DNA of 64,000 bases from Histomonas meleagridis 2922-C6/04-290x. Lineage: Eukaryota; Protista; Parabasalia. Numbering within the stretch: the first letter of the stretch is position 1; each line of letters begins with the position of its first letter. Positions 34,514 to 46,672 of the stretch are shown in pieces. The stretch spans positions 471,283 to 535,282 of the forward strand of contig JAANOX010000017.1 of the NCBI GenBank assembly GCA_020184695.1, read 5' to 3'. The notes under the pieces were generated by a model. That model had not been told where the DNA came from and searched no databases. It saw only the letters and a list, made by a program, of their open reading frames with translations. Position numbers and translations under genes: made by a program.

Positions 34514-36310
34514 TTAAATTTTATAAATTTTCCATTTTTCATTTTCGTACACAATTGTATTTTTTCCCAATTTCTCATTTGCGATTTCGCACAGCTCATT
34601 CTTCTTCAAACACGTTACCCAATTCGTTCCGATTCTTTTCATTATTTCGACGATATTTTTATTGTTTTTCAACTCATTAAACACATGGAACGAATCCCAA
34701 ACATTCACATTACGTTTCCACATCTCATTCATGTTGCCAGAAATCATTTGTCTTCCAGCAACAAACGCAATCGGGTTATAAGAAATTGGATCTGTTAAAA
34801 CGATTTCTTTTTTACGCAAATTTTTCATTATCCAATTCCCACAACTTAAATCATATTCGTCAATTCCTTTCATAGTTTTATTTTCTGTTGCTTTAATGGA
34901 TGTTAATCCTCCAATGAATATCATTATAAACATTACAACAGCTAAAGATAACATTATACCTTTTAACAAGGAATTTTTAATTTTATGATATACATAAATT
35001 AAAGTGTTAATAAACATAGTACAGAAATATGGTAAAACAGAACTTGTTATAATAACAATGTTTTCATACGATTCATTGCCATCGCGAATAAACAATAGAA
35101 TTGCAAAGGCCGTTAAAAAGACAAATGACGAGTGAAGTTCACTCATGCTTTTGAGAGGAATAAACGGGAAAAGTGACGTTATAAACATGGGACCAAACAT
35201 TTCGAAGATCACAACAAAAGGAGAAAAGAATACACCAGCCATTTGGTACTCACGCCAAATTGGAAAGTTTTTAAGGTGGGAATGAGTAAGTTTAAATAAT
35301 AATGAGATTGAAAAAGGCATAAATGATGAAAAAGAATGTGAATAACAGGATCCAATAGCAAAAATAATAATGGAACCAATAGTACTGGGTATGAATATGG
35401 ATAAAACACCAGCAAAAATATAACTCTCTCGAAATGAACCTTTGTCATGAGATCTTTGTAATAAAAGTATGATTGCAATAATCAATGGAACTGTAAAAGA
35501 TGATGTCTTGGAATAGCTTAAAACAACAGCTAATGTTTGGTACCAAGGAACTGGTGCCCTTTTACAAATATCATGAATAAGATCACTTTGACATGAAAGA
35601 GAACCGAAAAATGATCGCAAAAATGCCCAAGAGCTATTAAGTATAAAGCATAATGTTGATAAAAATGGATTTCTTGAGAATTGGTGTGAGAAATAATAAA
35701 CAAGGATAACCGTCGAAACCGTATTCAAAAAACAAATTGAAACGGAAGCGGTTTCTAGGGTAGCCCCGGAAGACGTTAATGCCGCTGTGTAAAGTAATGG
35801 AAAAACATATGAATGAAAATATTGGTTATTAACTTGTGGATCTTTATAATAAAAAATGTTTCTGCGCCTACGATTAATTCCATATTTAAGTGATGAAATA
35901 AATGATTGTTCTGAATCAAAGATTAAATTTGCGTATGAAGGAACTTGAAATGGATATTGAGAATATGTCTGATAAAGATGATAGGAAGAAAGAATACCTG
36001 TGAAAAAAATTATAATATATAATGGATAAGAATTTTCAAATTCAAACTTAAATTGTGATTCTGGGAAATTATGTTTGAGTAATTTTTTACCTTCATATAT
36101 CACAAACAATTGGATGGCAATAGTAATTAAAATACACCCTATTAAAGGAACAATGAAATTGATTATGAACATTAATAAAGAAGTAATCATTGATCCCAAA
36201 AGCCAAGAAAGTGTAAAATGCAACAAAGTCTGAAAGTTTTTATTTCTAATAAGCTGAATTAGTGTGCTTCCAAAAAGAATTGTTGTTCCAATGAAAACAA
36301 CCCACAGCAT
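34514..36310 (-). CDS. Polytopic membrane protein, possibly a GT-C-fold glycosyltransferase
   Basis: 598 aa with many TM segments, a lumenal loop and a soluble C-terminal domain (GNWIMKNLRKKEIVLTDP...FVAGRQMISG); function inferred from architecture only. Confidence 0.5.
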   Translation of the reverse strand: MLWVVFIGTTILFGSTLIQLIRNKNFQTLLHFTLSWLLGSMITSLLMFIINFIVPLIGCILITIAIQLFVIYEGKKLLKHNFPESQFKFEFENSYPLYIIIFFTGILSSYHLYQTYSQYPFQVPSYANLIFDSEQSFISSLKYGINRRRRNIFYYKDPQVNNQYFHSYVFPLLYTAALTSSGATLETASVSICFLNTVSTVILVYYFSHQFSRNPFLSTLCFILNSSWAFLRSFFGSLSCQSDLIHDICKRAPVPWYQTLAVVLSYSKTSSFTVPLIIAIILLLQRSHDKGSFRESYIFAGVLSIFIPSTIGSIIIFAIGSCYSHSFSSFMPFSISLLFKLTHSHLKNFPIWREYQMAGVFFSPFVVIFEMFGPMFITSLFPFIPLKSMSELHSSFVFLTAFAILLFIRDGNESYENIVIITSSVLPYFCTMFINTLIYVYHKIKNSLLKGIMLSLAVVMFIMIFIGGLTSIKATENKTMKGIDEYDLSCGNWIMKNLRKKEIVLTDPISYNPIAFVAGRQMISGNMNEMWKRNVNVWDSFHVFNELKNNKNIVEIMKRIGTNWVTCLKKNELCEIANEKLGKNTIVYENEKWKIYKI

Positions 36311-36543
36311 ATTCTCGAGGAAATGTTATATGAAAAGACAACTATTTCTTGACTATTTCTTTTTACATATAATTTATCAATTTAATCCAAATTTATCATA
36401 AGAACAAGCTATCAATTAATATATTTTTGCAATTTTTCCATTTTTTTTTTTTCTGAAAATCATTATGATGTTTCATCAAAAAATAAAAATATATAATTTC
36501 ACGAACATATTTTTTATACAAACAAATTTAAGTGTAATTGAGT

Positions 36544-39500
36544 TCACCAGAAGGGGGCCCACCCATAATACATTTGCGCCAAATTCATTTCATCTGTTGC
36601 CATTTCTATTAACTTCTTCACCTGTTCTTTTTCGTTCAATTTCATTCCGAATTCCACTCCGCATAATTTGTCACTGACTCTACTGATTGCCTTTTTCATC
36701 ATTGTTCCTTTTTCCTCATTTCTTTTCTCACTATTTCGATACCAAATTGTATCCGTAATTGGATCTTTGACGAAAATATCCAAAAAAGCCAACAACACGT
36801 CCTTGTTTTTCCTCATTAACTTCATTACATATTCCGCAGTCATAGAGAAAACTCCATTAACTCCACTTGCTCCAAATGCTCTTACGATCATTCTCGTCAA
36901 TCTAAAAGGAACAGTTTCATGTACATAAGCTCTTAAATTCGCCTTTTCGAAACAATCGCTAAAATCAATATGGATAACATTACCAGTGCCTTTCATCACT
37001 AATATATTCGATGGATGTCTATCACCAATACCCATAATGTAACCAATGATCGACATTAATCCATTTGACTTCGAAAAGTTTGTAACTTTGTTCAGCCAAA
37101 TTTCGGCGTTTTGAGATTGTAACCAAATTGTTTCACGAATATCATCATCAGAATGACAAGAACAAACTTCACGATGTAACTCAAGTTTTTGGATGATACT
37201 TAATCTTAAAGTTGCTTCTTTTTCGCCGTATATTTGATTGTTCCCAATGTAATCACGGATAATTTGTTGTTCCTCATTTTCGATAATACCTAAAACTTTC
37301 CGATGCCAAGAAATCATTGAATATAAAGTTTCTCCTCCTTCAGCCCAAACTATTAAACCAGCGTTTGGTGATATTGGTACAATTGGTACTTGTTTAATGT
37401 TCAAATGTTTCTCTAATCCGTTTTTATCATCATGTAAAATGGAATTAGCTAATGAGAACAATTGTACTATTCGTTGATCTAATCTTAAGTCTTCTCTACC
37501 TTTTAATAAATATTTATAATTTCGACCATCACTACCTATTATACGTAACTTTCGTGGGAGTTTCGCAGATGGTATCATCTTCATTACATGTCCAATCTTG
37601 TGTATTGTGATTGGAGTTTTATCCACGGAATAATATCCGGGAACGACTAATGAATAAGGATGATCAATCGAATTAAGTTCTAAATCATTTATATCAATTG
37701 TTGGAAGTCTTTCCATTTTAGTTTGTAATGCATTCTTTATTAATGTCATTGTATTACATATTATTACTAAACTTTTATATTGTATACCATTTTTACCCTT
37801 ATCCGCACCACCACATATTCGACCTAATTGTACATTAAATCCTATAATTTTCGAATCATTTAATAGATTACTTTCAAATTGTGATTTTTTAGATTTCATT
37901 ATAGTGATAATTTGTTGAAAGATATTTATAATTTCATCATATTTCTCATTTTCATAATAAGAAATTGCTTTCTCTAATAATATTATAGTTTCTTCAACAG
38001 ATGTAACAGCGATATGTAACATTGCTGAAGTAAATGTTTCTGTATCATTCATTAATGTAAAATGTTTCTCACTCATTTTCTTAATAAAATTTAATAATGT
38101 TTTCGATGATGTTGGAATTCTTTCAACTAAACATAAAGGGATAGCTAATGCTTGAAAATGATTTATCGAAAAATTCCGTACAATTTTATAGACAACATTT
38201 CGTACATCTTTATTTTCATTATCGAAATGTATCATTAATTGTGGTATTATTTGTATGATAGAAGAAGGAGATAAAGACAATAAATTCTTTGCAGCACATT
38301 CAAAATTTGTTAAATGTGGACCAAAAGTAAAAAACAAATTACATAAATGACATAATAAATGTAATGAAGGCCGAGTTAATGATATTAATGTAGCAAATCC
38401 ATGTATAGCATTACTCGCATAATTATTACGATCAACTTCATTATAAGAATCATTTTGTGCACAACCTAAGTTAAAAAATGCCCAATGTTTCCAACCTTTA
38501 ATTCTATTTGGTTGTATTTCAGTTACAATTTTTAACAAAGGTATTGGATTAGGATTAATAGGACAACGACTAACATAAGCACAAACAGCATCACAAAATG
38601 TTTCATTATAACTTAAATTATTAATAATATCAATGAATTCATTACAATTATTAGTTAATTGATTATCAAAACGATATTTTGCTTTTAATATTTTAATTTT
38701 ATCGTTATTAATATCTTCTTTTATTATATCATTAAAACAATTCTCTAATAAGTTATATTCATGTAATTTACGTAATGAATTTATATAATCGAAATTGATT
38801 TCAAACATTTCTTCTTTATTACATTGAAGTAATTGTTGAACTTTATAAATATGACCTAATTGAGTTGAATCACGTTTAATATAATCTGCTTTAGATTTCC
38901 ATATTAATAAAATTTCTTTTGATGTAATTTTGTTTTCACGTTGATATATTATATCTTTTAATTCCATAAATATCATTGATTTATATATAATAGAAAGTGA
39001 TGGCTCATAAGTACCTGATAAAAAAGAAGACATATTCATTGATAATAAAGAAAACCCTCGTTTAAACCATTGTTTAGCAGTATCAGTTTGATTTAAATCT
39101 AAAGCGATTAATGATTTCATTATACAAGTATTAGGATCATCGATTCTAATATATGGTAAAAATTTTTTTGCGTTTTTTTTCGAATACCTTGCAGCCGCTG
39201 CAAATATTATTGCTGTTTGTGATTGAATATTTTTAGGAAATGAATTAAAATCTTTACTAATTTCATTAATACTTTCCCAATCTTCAATTAACATTGAACA
39301 AGATAAATATTTAATTAAATAATTTTCATTACGTTTGTTTTCATTTAATTTTTGTGAATATATATCACGAGCTTGTTTCCACATAGATAAAGTTTCAAGT
39401 AATTCACAATTACTATTTGGTGATTTAGCTATAGATAATAATCCTAAAGCTGATTCTTTCCGTTTTAATAATGATTGTATTCGTAATAAATGTGGTATAA

Positions 39501-42500
39501 TATCATTATTTAAATTCGATATCTTCTCATAAAATCGAATAGCTATAAACCAAGAATTACATCTTTCTGCTATTTGCGCTATAATTAAAGGATCTTTAAA
39601 CAAGTTAAATTGTGCTCTATCCATAGCTTCACAAGCAGATATTATAACCTCTAAAATATCAGTAGGTGTATGAGAATTATGAACTATTTCTAGTAAATAA
39701 TTACTTAACATTTCTTTCCCTTTATCTTCAGAATAATCCCATACAGATACTATGACAAAAGGAAATAATCCACGTTCAAAATCAGATGAAACTCGTAATA
39801 ATGGATGTGATGCACGAATAGCTGGTGAATTAGAACATAATACAAGTTCTTGTGTGATTTGTAATAACCATGAAGACCAATCATTTTCATTTACTGAACT
39901 TTGAAGTCTTCCACGACTAAATACTTGTGATAATGATGAAGGTTGTATTGAAGGTTTCGATCGAATTGGATAAGGATCAGGTACAGCATCGAAATTACGT
40001 AAGAATTCAAACGTTGAATTTGTATTAATTTCTTTTAAAAACTTTGTGATTTCGGGATGTATTTCATTTAAATTAATTGGTAATGAAAACATTATCGAAT
40101 GAAATCGAATGATTAATAATTCAATTAATCGGATTGATATATATTGTAAATGATTATTTGTGTTTATAAAATTATATACTAAATGAAATGAAGGTAAAAC
40201 TATTTGAGGAAATGAACAATTTCGTAATATTTGACATAAAAATGTTATAGCGAATTCTGATACAAAATCACATTTTAAAATATATTTTTGAATTAAATCA
40301 AAATATAATCGAATTGTACCATCAGCATAAATTACTATTAATGTTAACGCTAATAAATAATTAATTATAATATTTGAATCTTCTTCTTTTTGTATTAAAT
40401 TATAAATAATTTTAAATGTTTTTGGTCCATATTCTTTAAAATTATATTTAATTGCAAAAATTAATGCACATAAAAGTTTAATTGCATCAATACTTGTGTT
40501 TTCTTTTAAATAAGGTAATATTAATTTATATATATCATCTTTATAAGGTAAAATTGCTACATCTACAACTAATATTATAGTCGTTAAAAAATGTAATAAA
40601 TCATCAGATGCAATTAATTCAGGTTTCATATGAAATGAATTAATTATTTTTATTACATCTTCTAAATATATTAAACATTTTTGTGAATCACTTTGAAATA
40701 TATAAGTCAAAGCATTAATTAAAACAGGTAATTCATGTTGTTTACCATCTTTTAATTGTCCTAAAATATATTTCATTACATAATTTAATGTGCTTTTTTC
40801 TCGGTTTTCTTTATCATATAATGGATATGAATCATTTGTTGGAATATGAGTTTTAGGACTATGAAATTGATGTGGATCTAATGCACCAATAGTACCTAAT
40901 AATTGTAACATTGATTTATTAACTTTAGAATTCGTTGAAGTCTTTAAGAATTGATATAATTGTTGATGGAATTTTACAATATTCTTACTACTAATTTGTT
41001 GAATTATAGGAAAATTTCGGGAAATTGTTTTTAATGTTTTAATTGTAGCTAAATAAATTCCGGTCTTTTTATATATAAAAAATTGATTAACAACTGAAGA
41101 TATTGTTAAAAATAACATATCATTATCAAGCGCTTTTTTATTAGCTAATTCAGTTATACTTTTTAATGTATAAATACGAATTTTTTGATCAACTTTTTGT
41201 TCTAATTTATCATAAACTCTTTTTGGCATTGTCAATGATACTTCTATTCTCGAATTAAGGATTTTTAATAAGAATTTTAATAAATTCGTTTGATAATTAG
41301 TTATAATTTCTCCACTGTTTCGAATTAATAATGGTAACATTGATATTTCTTTTAATCGATCTTCATTTAAATAATTCTGGAAATAAAATGAAGGAAATTG
41401 TTCAAGTTTTGTTTGGAAGAAATCTATTTTTATGTTCGGAATAATTTTTTGAATTTTTGATATTAAATTTAATGCCGAAATTTTAACCGAATATTCTTCA
41501 TCTGAATAAAGAGTTTCAATAATAAAAAATAACAAATGATCTGAAAAATTTATTATTAAAAAATCATTAATAGAATAAAAAAATGTTATTTTACATTTTG
41601 TTGAAAAATTATTTTGTTTCGTATATAATAATATTAATAATTCTTTCTGTTTTTCTTTGTCAAAGCGTTGAAGGATAATTATTAATGTTTGTATTGATAT
41701 GTTTTTAATTTCCTCATCAGTTGAATTAATGAAACAATTATAAACAAAATCCCAAAATTCTTCGATTTCAAATTCTTTAATATTTGATAATATCGATATA
41801 AATTTAATAATATATAAATTCATTGTTTTAATTTCTTCTTCAAGTTTTGGTTTAAATATATTAATAATATTTGTGGAATCTTCTGGAAATGTCTTAAAAT
41901 AAATGGAACAAAGGTTAATCGAATATTCATTAAAATTTAATGTTTTCATTGTATTCAAAAAAAGATTTCGATCAACTATTTCAGGTGAATATTTGATTAT
42001 ACTAGTACCAATAATAAAGAAACAATTAGCATTGTTTTTAAGCGTTAAAAGTAATAAATTTCCATAAATACAAAATGTTTTTGGCATAAACTTCATAATT
42101 TTAGAATAAACCTCACAAACATTGGTATCGTTGAAATTGATGTTATCGTTACTCTGAAAAAGTGAGAGAATTGAATCGGAAAATTCAAGTGCTGTTTCGC
42201 GGAGTACTTTGCAAAGTTTAATGAGAATCCATAGATAATCTGGAGTGGCATTTGACTTTAAAAACAAAAGAATATTTGTAAAGATATCTTTTGCTTTTTC
42301 AATGCATACATCACTGTTGTTCTCTAGAAAAGACTCAAGAAGTAAGAGATATCGAGGTAAATTTGCCGGGGCGCTATAAAGGATTGTTGTGATTTGTGCG
42401 GAAACGATATGGTTACCTTGTGGACTAAATTGGATTAAACGCTGAAAGAGATTTACTGCTATTTGTTGAATTTCTTCAGTGCCAATATTTATTGCAGTGG

Positions 42501-43017
42501 AAATTATTGTGTTAAGTTCATTTGATGACTTGATAAAAAAATTGGAATCAATTGAAAAAAGATGATGAACAAGAAAAACAGAAGACATTACTGCGGAACG
42601 TGTGGCCCTTGTTGTGAGCCAGGAAATACATCGTTCAAAAAGCTTGGGGATTATTGGATATGTGATAACATTTAAAATACGTTTTATAATATGAGCTATT
42701 CCTTCTATTAAAATAATGGATTCCAAAGGTAGGATTCTTTCGATATTCTGATTGATTAAAATAAGTTGGTTTTGATCTTCTTCAATATCAATATAAAAAG
42801 AAAATCCTACTAATGTGCCAAGGCGATCTTCAGTATTTCGCGAGTGTAGTTTCTCTTGTGACCACCGGAATAGCTCATTTAGAAAAATTTTTTGATTTTC
42901 TTCTTTCGCATTTTTGAAAGCTTTTGTAAACAAGATGTGTGATTGTGTATAAGCTTCTTTAAAAGTTGTAGCAGAAGATATTTTAGCTTTGATGTTTTCG
43001 AAAGTTTGAAAATCCAT
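36544..43017 (-). CDS. TOR: TOR-like PIKK kinase (HEAT, FAT, FRB-like, kinase, FATC)
   Basis: LQLLGTIGALDP, LVLCSNSPAIRA, YLLKGREDLRLDQR, GIGDRHPSNILV, HIDFSDCFE, ETVPFRLTRM, NLAQMYYGWAPFW. Confidence 0.93.
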   Translation of the reverse strand: MDFQTFENIKAKISSATTFKEAYTQSHILFTKAFKNAKEENQKIFLNELFRWSQEKLHSRNTEDRLGTLVGFSFYIDIEEDQNQLILINQNIERILPLESIILIEGIAHIIKRILNVITYPIIPKLFERCISWLTTRATRSAVMSSVFLVHHLFSIDSNFFIKSSNELNTIISTAINIGTEEIQQIAVNLFQRLIQFSPQGNHIVSAQITTILYSAPANLPRYLLLLESFLENNSDVCIEKAKDIFTNILLFLKSNATPDYLWILIKLCKVLRETALEFSDSILSLFQSNDNINFNDTNVCEVYSKIMKFMPKTFCIYGNLLLLTLKNNANCFFIIGTSIIKYSPEIVDRNLFLNTMKTLNFNEYSINLCSIYFKTFPEDSTNIINIFKPKLEEEIKTMNLYIIKFISILSNIKEFEIEEFWDFVYNCFINSTDEEIKNISIQTLIIILQRFDKEKQKELLILLYTKQNNFSTKCKITFFYSINDFLIINFSDHLLFFIIETLYSDEEYSVKISALNLISKIQKIIPNIKIDFFQTKLEQFPSFYFQNYLNEDRLKEISMLPLLIRNSGEIITNYQTNLLKFLLKILNSRIEVSLTMPKRVYDKLEQKVDQKIRIYTLKSITELANKKALDNDMLFLTISSVVNQFFIYKKTGIYLATIKTLKTISRNFPIIQQISSKNIVKFHQQLYQFLKTSTNSKVNKSMLQLLGTIGALDPHQFHSPKTHIPTNDSYPLYDKENREKSTLNYVMKYILGQLKDGKQHELPVLINALTYIFQSDSQKCLIYLEDVIKIINSFHMKPELIASDDLLHFLTTIILVVDVAILPYKDDIYKLILPYLKENTSIDAIKLLCALIFAIKYNFKEYGPKTFKIIYNLIQKEEDSNIIINYLLALTLIVIYADGTIRLYFDLIQKYILKCDFVSEFAITFLCQILRNCSFPQIVLPSFHLVYNFINTNNHLQYISIRLIELLIIRFHSIMFSLPINLNEIHPEITKFLKEINTNSTFEFLRNFDAVPDPYPIRSKPSIQPSSLSQVFSRGRLQSSVNENDWSSWLLQITQELVLCSNSPAIRASHPLLRVSSDFERGLFPFVIVSVWDYSEDKGKEMLSNYLLEIVHNSHTPTDILEVIISACEAMDRAQFNLFKDPLIIAQIAERCNSWFIAIRFYEKISNLNNDIIPHLLRIQSLLKRKESALGLLSIAKSPNSNCELLETLSMWKQARDIYSQKLNENKRNENYLIKYLSCSMLIEDWESINEISKDFNSFPKNIQSQTAIIFAAAARYSKKNAKKFLPYIRIDDPNTCIMKSLIALDLNQTDTAKQWFKRGFSLLSMNMSSFLSGTYEPSLSIIYKSMIFMELKDIIYQRENKITSKEILLIWKSKADYIKRDSTQLGHIYKVQQLLQCNKEEMFEINFDYINSLRKLHEYNLLENCFNDIIKEDINNDKIKILKAKYRFDNQLTNNCNEFIDIINNLSYNETFCDAVCAYVSRCPINPNPIPLLKIVTEIQPNRIKGWKHWAFFNLGCAQNDSYNEVDRNNYASNAIHGFATLISLTRPSLHLLCHLCNLFFTFGPHLTNFECAAKNLLSLSPSSIIQIIPQLMIHFDNENKDVRNVVYKIVRNFSINHFQALAIPLCLVERIPTSSKTLLNFIKKMSEKHFTLMNDTETFTSAMLHIAVTSVEETIILLEKAISYYENEKYDEIINIFQQIITIMKSKKSQFESNLLNDSKIIGFNVQLGRICGGADKGKNGIQYKSLVIICNTMTLIKNALQTKMERLPTIDINDLELNSIDHPYSLVVPGYYSVDKTPITIHKIGHVMKMIPSAKLPRKLRIIGSDGRNYKYLLKGREDLRLDQRIVQLFSLANSILHDDKNGLEKHLNIKQVPIVPISPNAGLIVWAEGGETLYSMISWHRKVLGIIENEEQQIIRDYIGNNQIYGEKEATLRLSIIQKLELHREVCSCHSDDDIRETIWLQSQNAEIWLNKVTNFSKSNGLMSIIGYIMGIGDRHPSNILVMKGTGNVIHIDFSDCFEKANLRAYVHETVPFRLTRMIVRAFGASGVNGVFSMTAEYVMKLMRKNKDVLLAFLDIFVKDPITDTIWYRNSEKRNEEKGTMMKKAISRVSDKLCGVEFGMKLNEKEQVKKLIEMATDEMNLAQMYYGWAPFW

Positions 43018-43471
43018 TATTTTTTTGATGAGAACGTTAAAGTGTATTTCGTTTTTAATTCAACGATGGTTCAAAATTTGTCAGCATGCTGAAGTCTTTT
43101 TGACTACGCAACATCTGACACTGGTATTGAATAGTTTATGTTTATATAAATGAAAAAAAATATGAAATTTGAAAGGCAATTGAAAAATCTTCACAATCGA
43201 TCTATTTTGTGGTCAAGTTTAAATACATCAGTTAAAAATGAATATATCACCAAATATAACAATGTATATAATCTGATAATAGCCACAATCAATGGTGCGT
43301 TCTATTGCAAATAATGTCTTAATTTATAATCGAATTTGATAAAACATTGTGAAGAAATATCAAAACTTTGAGAAGGTATATTTATTTACTTGTTTTTGTA
43401 GATTTGGATGTTGAGGGCGTTACATCGTGTCCATATCTTAGATAGTGAGATACAATTTCTTTCATTTTATC

Positions 43472-44329
43472 TTAATCATCAATATCAATACCATGCATTC
43501 CTTTTTGTTCATAAAGTAATTTAACTATTTCTGTGTGACCATGTTGAGATGCTAAAATTAATGCTGTTTCAAATAAATTTAATGATTTCCAAATAATATT
43601 TTCAAATAAAAAAGTATTAAAATAAATTTCAAATAAAAAGAATAAATATTTTTGACAATAACACCAATTCTTTCTTGTTCAAGAAGTAATTTAACAGTTT
43701 CTGTATGACCTTTCCAAGATGCAACCATAAGTGCTGTATAAAATATTTGGAATAATTTCCAAATATTATTTTGAAACTTCAAATTATTAAAGCATTTTAA
43801 AAATAAAACAAATAAATATTTTTAGCATTAATATCAATTCCTTCTTGTTCAAGAAGTAATTTAACAATTTCTATATTACCTTTCCAAGATGCAAGCATAA
43901 GTGCTGAATTAAATATTTTAAATACTTTTCAAATAAAAACATAAAATATCAAATTTTTAATATATATATCAAATAAAACAAATAAATATTTTTAGCATTA
44001 ATATCAATTCCTTTTTGATCAAGAAGTAATTTAACGATTTCTGTATAATCTCTATCAGATGCAATAATAAGTGCTGTTTCATTTATTTTGAATAATTTTC
44101 AAATATTATTTTGAAATATAAAATTATTAAAAGAAATTTTAAATAAAACAAATAAATCCCTTTAGTATTAATATCAATTCCTTCCTGTACAAGAAGCAAT
44201 TTAACTATTTCTGTATGACCATTTTTAGTTGCTTGTATAAGTGCTGTTTTAAATATTTTATACAATTACCATATATATTATTTTGAATTCCAAAATAATT
44301 GAAATAAATTTTAAATTAAACAAATAAAA
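43472..44329 (-). repeat. Ankyrin cassette array D
   Basis: 4 of 4 intervals are exactly 170 nt; decoded KGKYEETAL, KNDDENSAL, KNLEGYTAL, KNEFGETAL. Confidence 0.9.
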
Positions 44330-45513
44330 ATCTTTAGAATTTACATCGATTCCTTCTTGATCTAAAATATATTTAACAAGTTCAATATTTTCTAGATGAG
44401 AAAACTAAAATATCTTTAGGAAGTTGATTTTCTTTAAGAAAATATTTAACAAGAAATATATTTCCAATTTTAGCTGCTTCATTAATAATTGAATTGCTAA
44501 TTTTCATTCCTTCTCCAATTAGATATGTAAATAATTCATAATTATGATGTAAAAGACATTTCTCACCTAATTTTTCTAAATTATCTATTTTATAAATTTT
44601 ATTTTCATAAAGAGATTTAAATATATCATTTTTATGGTATTCAATTGCTGTTTCATACGCATCTTCAAATGATGAATGATTTTGTTCACATAAATGAATA
44701 ATTTCTTCATTTCCACTTGCAATTGCATATTGGCCTGTATTTTTTACTTTTGCACCATTTATAAGTAAATATTTAAAACATTTAACTGATCCAAAAAATG
44801 CTGCATAATCAATTAATGTAACATTCCAATGATTAATAAAATCACATCTTTCATAAAGTGATTCTTCAATATATTGATTAAAATCAAAATCATTTTGTGA
44901 TGATATTTCTTGAAGTTTTTCGATTTCATCATTTCGAATTATCTTTGCTATTTCATTTGGATTATTTCCTTCTTCAATTAATTTGTGAAGTTCCCAATTG
45001 TTCTTTTTAAGTTTATTAATATTATATTTGTCTTCATCTAAAAAATTTATATATATTATATCTTCGATGTTTTTTCCAGATAAATGAATGAAATACAATG
45101 ATTCTATTATGCCAACAATATTTATTTCAAGAAAATTATTATCAATCATTTTTATAAGAAGATAATATGCTTCATGTGTAGATTTGCCAATAAGAAAATT
45201 TGTAAATATATTAAATATTCTTAAATCACTTTTTTTATTTTGTTCTATTTTATCAACTTCTTTTAAAAAGTTTAAATACATATCAGAACCAGTTAATTGT
45301 ATGGTGAATAATGAATATATTATTTTACTAATAATAATGTCAAATGATAATGGATGTTTTTCGTAAAATTTGTTGAATATTGTATTTACTGATTGAAAGA
45401 TATTTTCTTTATCTAAATTAAAAATAATATCTTTTATTGATTTTATTGTTTCCCATTCATTTTGATATTTTTTATTTGACTTTTCAAACTTTTCCAACTT
45501 GTTTAAGATGCAT
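43472..45513 (-). pseudogene. Locus D: DUF3447-like/ankyrin gene with 5 spacer-interrupted cassettes; N-terminal part frameshifted
   Basis: The ATG at 45513 is out of frame with the core ORF. A small deletion near 44385 breaks FSS..GNIELVKY. Cassette starts at 44247, 44077, 43907, 43737 and 43567. Confidence 0.65.
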
Positions 45514-45771
45514 TGTGTCGTTAACGACTTTTTGTATAATATTGAAAAAATTCAGAGAAAATTTCCTCGTCATGAATTATTTGAATGAAACTAGAAAATG
45601 TCAATTACAAGCTTGTAATAATACTCCACTTACACAATATCAAGAATAGTATTGAAAATACGTCTTCATAAAAATTGAATGCTTCACCATTCAAAAAAAT
45701 TTCAATGCAATGTAAATTATTCAAAAAGTCATTATCAGCAAGTTGAAAGAAAATACGTTTGTGTAACAACA

Positions 45772-46257
45772 ATGATTTCCGGACAGAATCGAAAATCTCA
45801 ACGTGCTGACCTTACTGAAGAACAAAAACTTGAATTACAAGAAGCTTTTAATATGTTTGACACTGATGGAACTGGTAAGATTCAAGCTAATGAACTCAGA
45901 GTAGCTCTTCGTGCACTTGGCTTTGAGCCAACCAAAGAAGAGCTCCGACGTATGATCACAGATGTTGATAAAAAAGGTGACGGCCTTTTGGATTTCCCAC
46001 AATTTATGGAAGCAATTGTAAAAAAGATCAGTGAGCCAGACCGCGATGAAGAAATTGAAAAGTCATTTCGGCTGTTTGACAACAATAAAGATGGTTATTT
46101 GGATATTGATGATTTGAAATATGTTGCAGATCTAATAGGAGAATCAATGAGTCAAGAAGAACTCTATGAAATGATAAAAGAAGCTGACAGAGACCACGAT
46201 GGTAAAGTTACTCTTGAAGACTTTAAGCGTGTTGTTCGTAGGGCAACTCTTTTCTAA
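45772..46257 (+). CDS. CETN: Centrin (caltractin)
   Basis: [24 protein letters not shown]...[12 protein letters not shown]; four EF-hand positions; probable ATG at 45772. Confidence 0.9.
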   Translation: MISGQNRKSQRADLTEEQKLELQEAFNMFDTDGTGKIQANELRVALRALGFEPTKEELRRMITDVDKKGDGLLDFPQFMEAIVKKISEPDRDEEIEKSFRLFDNNKDGYLDIDDLKYVADLIGESMSQEELYEMIKEADRDHDGKVTLEDFKRVVRRATLF

Positions 46258-46672
46258 ATTTGTTTCATAATCATTGAATTTAAAAAAAATAAAAAATAAT
46301 TCCATATTCACTATATCGTAGTGAATGTATGCATTTCTTTAAGTTTCTTATTTTAAAAAATTCGAACAGTGAAATTGATTTGAGTTTTCTCTACAAAGTA
46401 GACAGATAGAAAATGTGCTTTAATTCCACTCAAATGTTTTGTTTAAATTAATATAGATTATTTTAATATAAATGTTTATTTGCTATATCTAGCTTTCGAA
46501 ATTTTTGAAATAACAGGTTCTGATCGTAAGTTACTGTTGTGATTTTTATCATTTAAACATATCATATTAAATATTTGTAGTAATAAAACCACATGTGGTA
46601 TCGATATCAATATTTCATCACAAAATTTGAGCGCTTTTTAGGAAAGTATTCAATACAAAAACCGATTACAAA

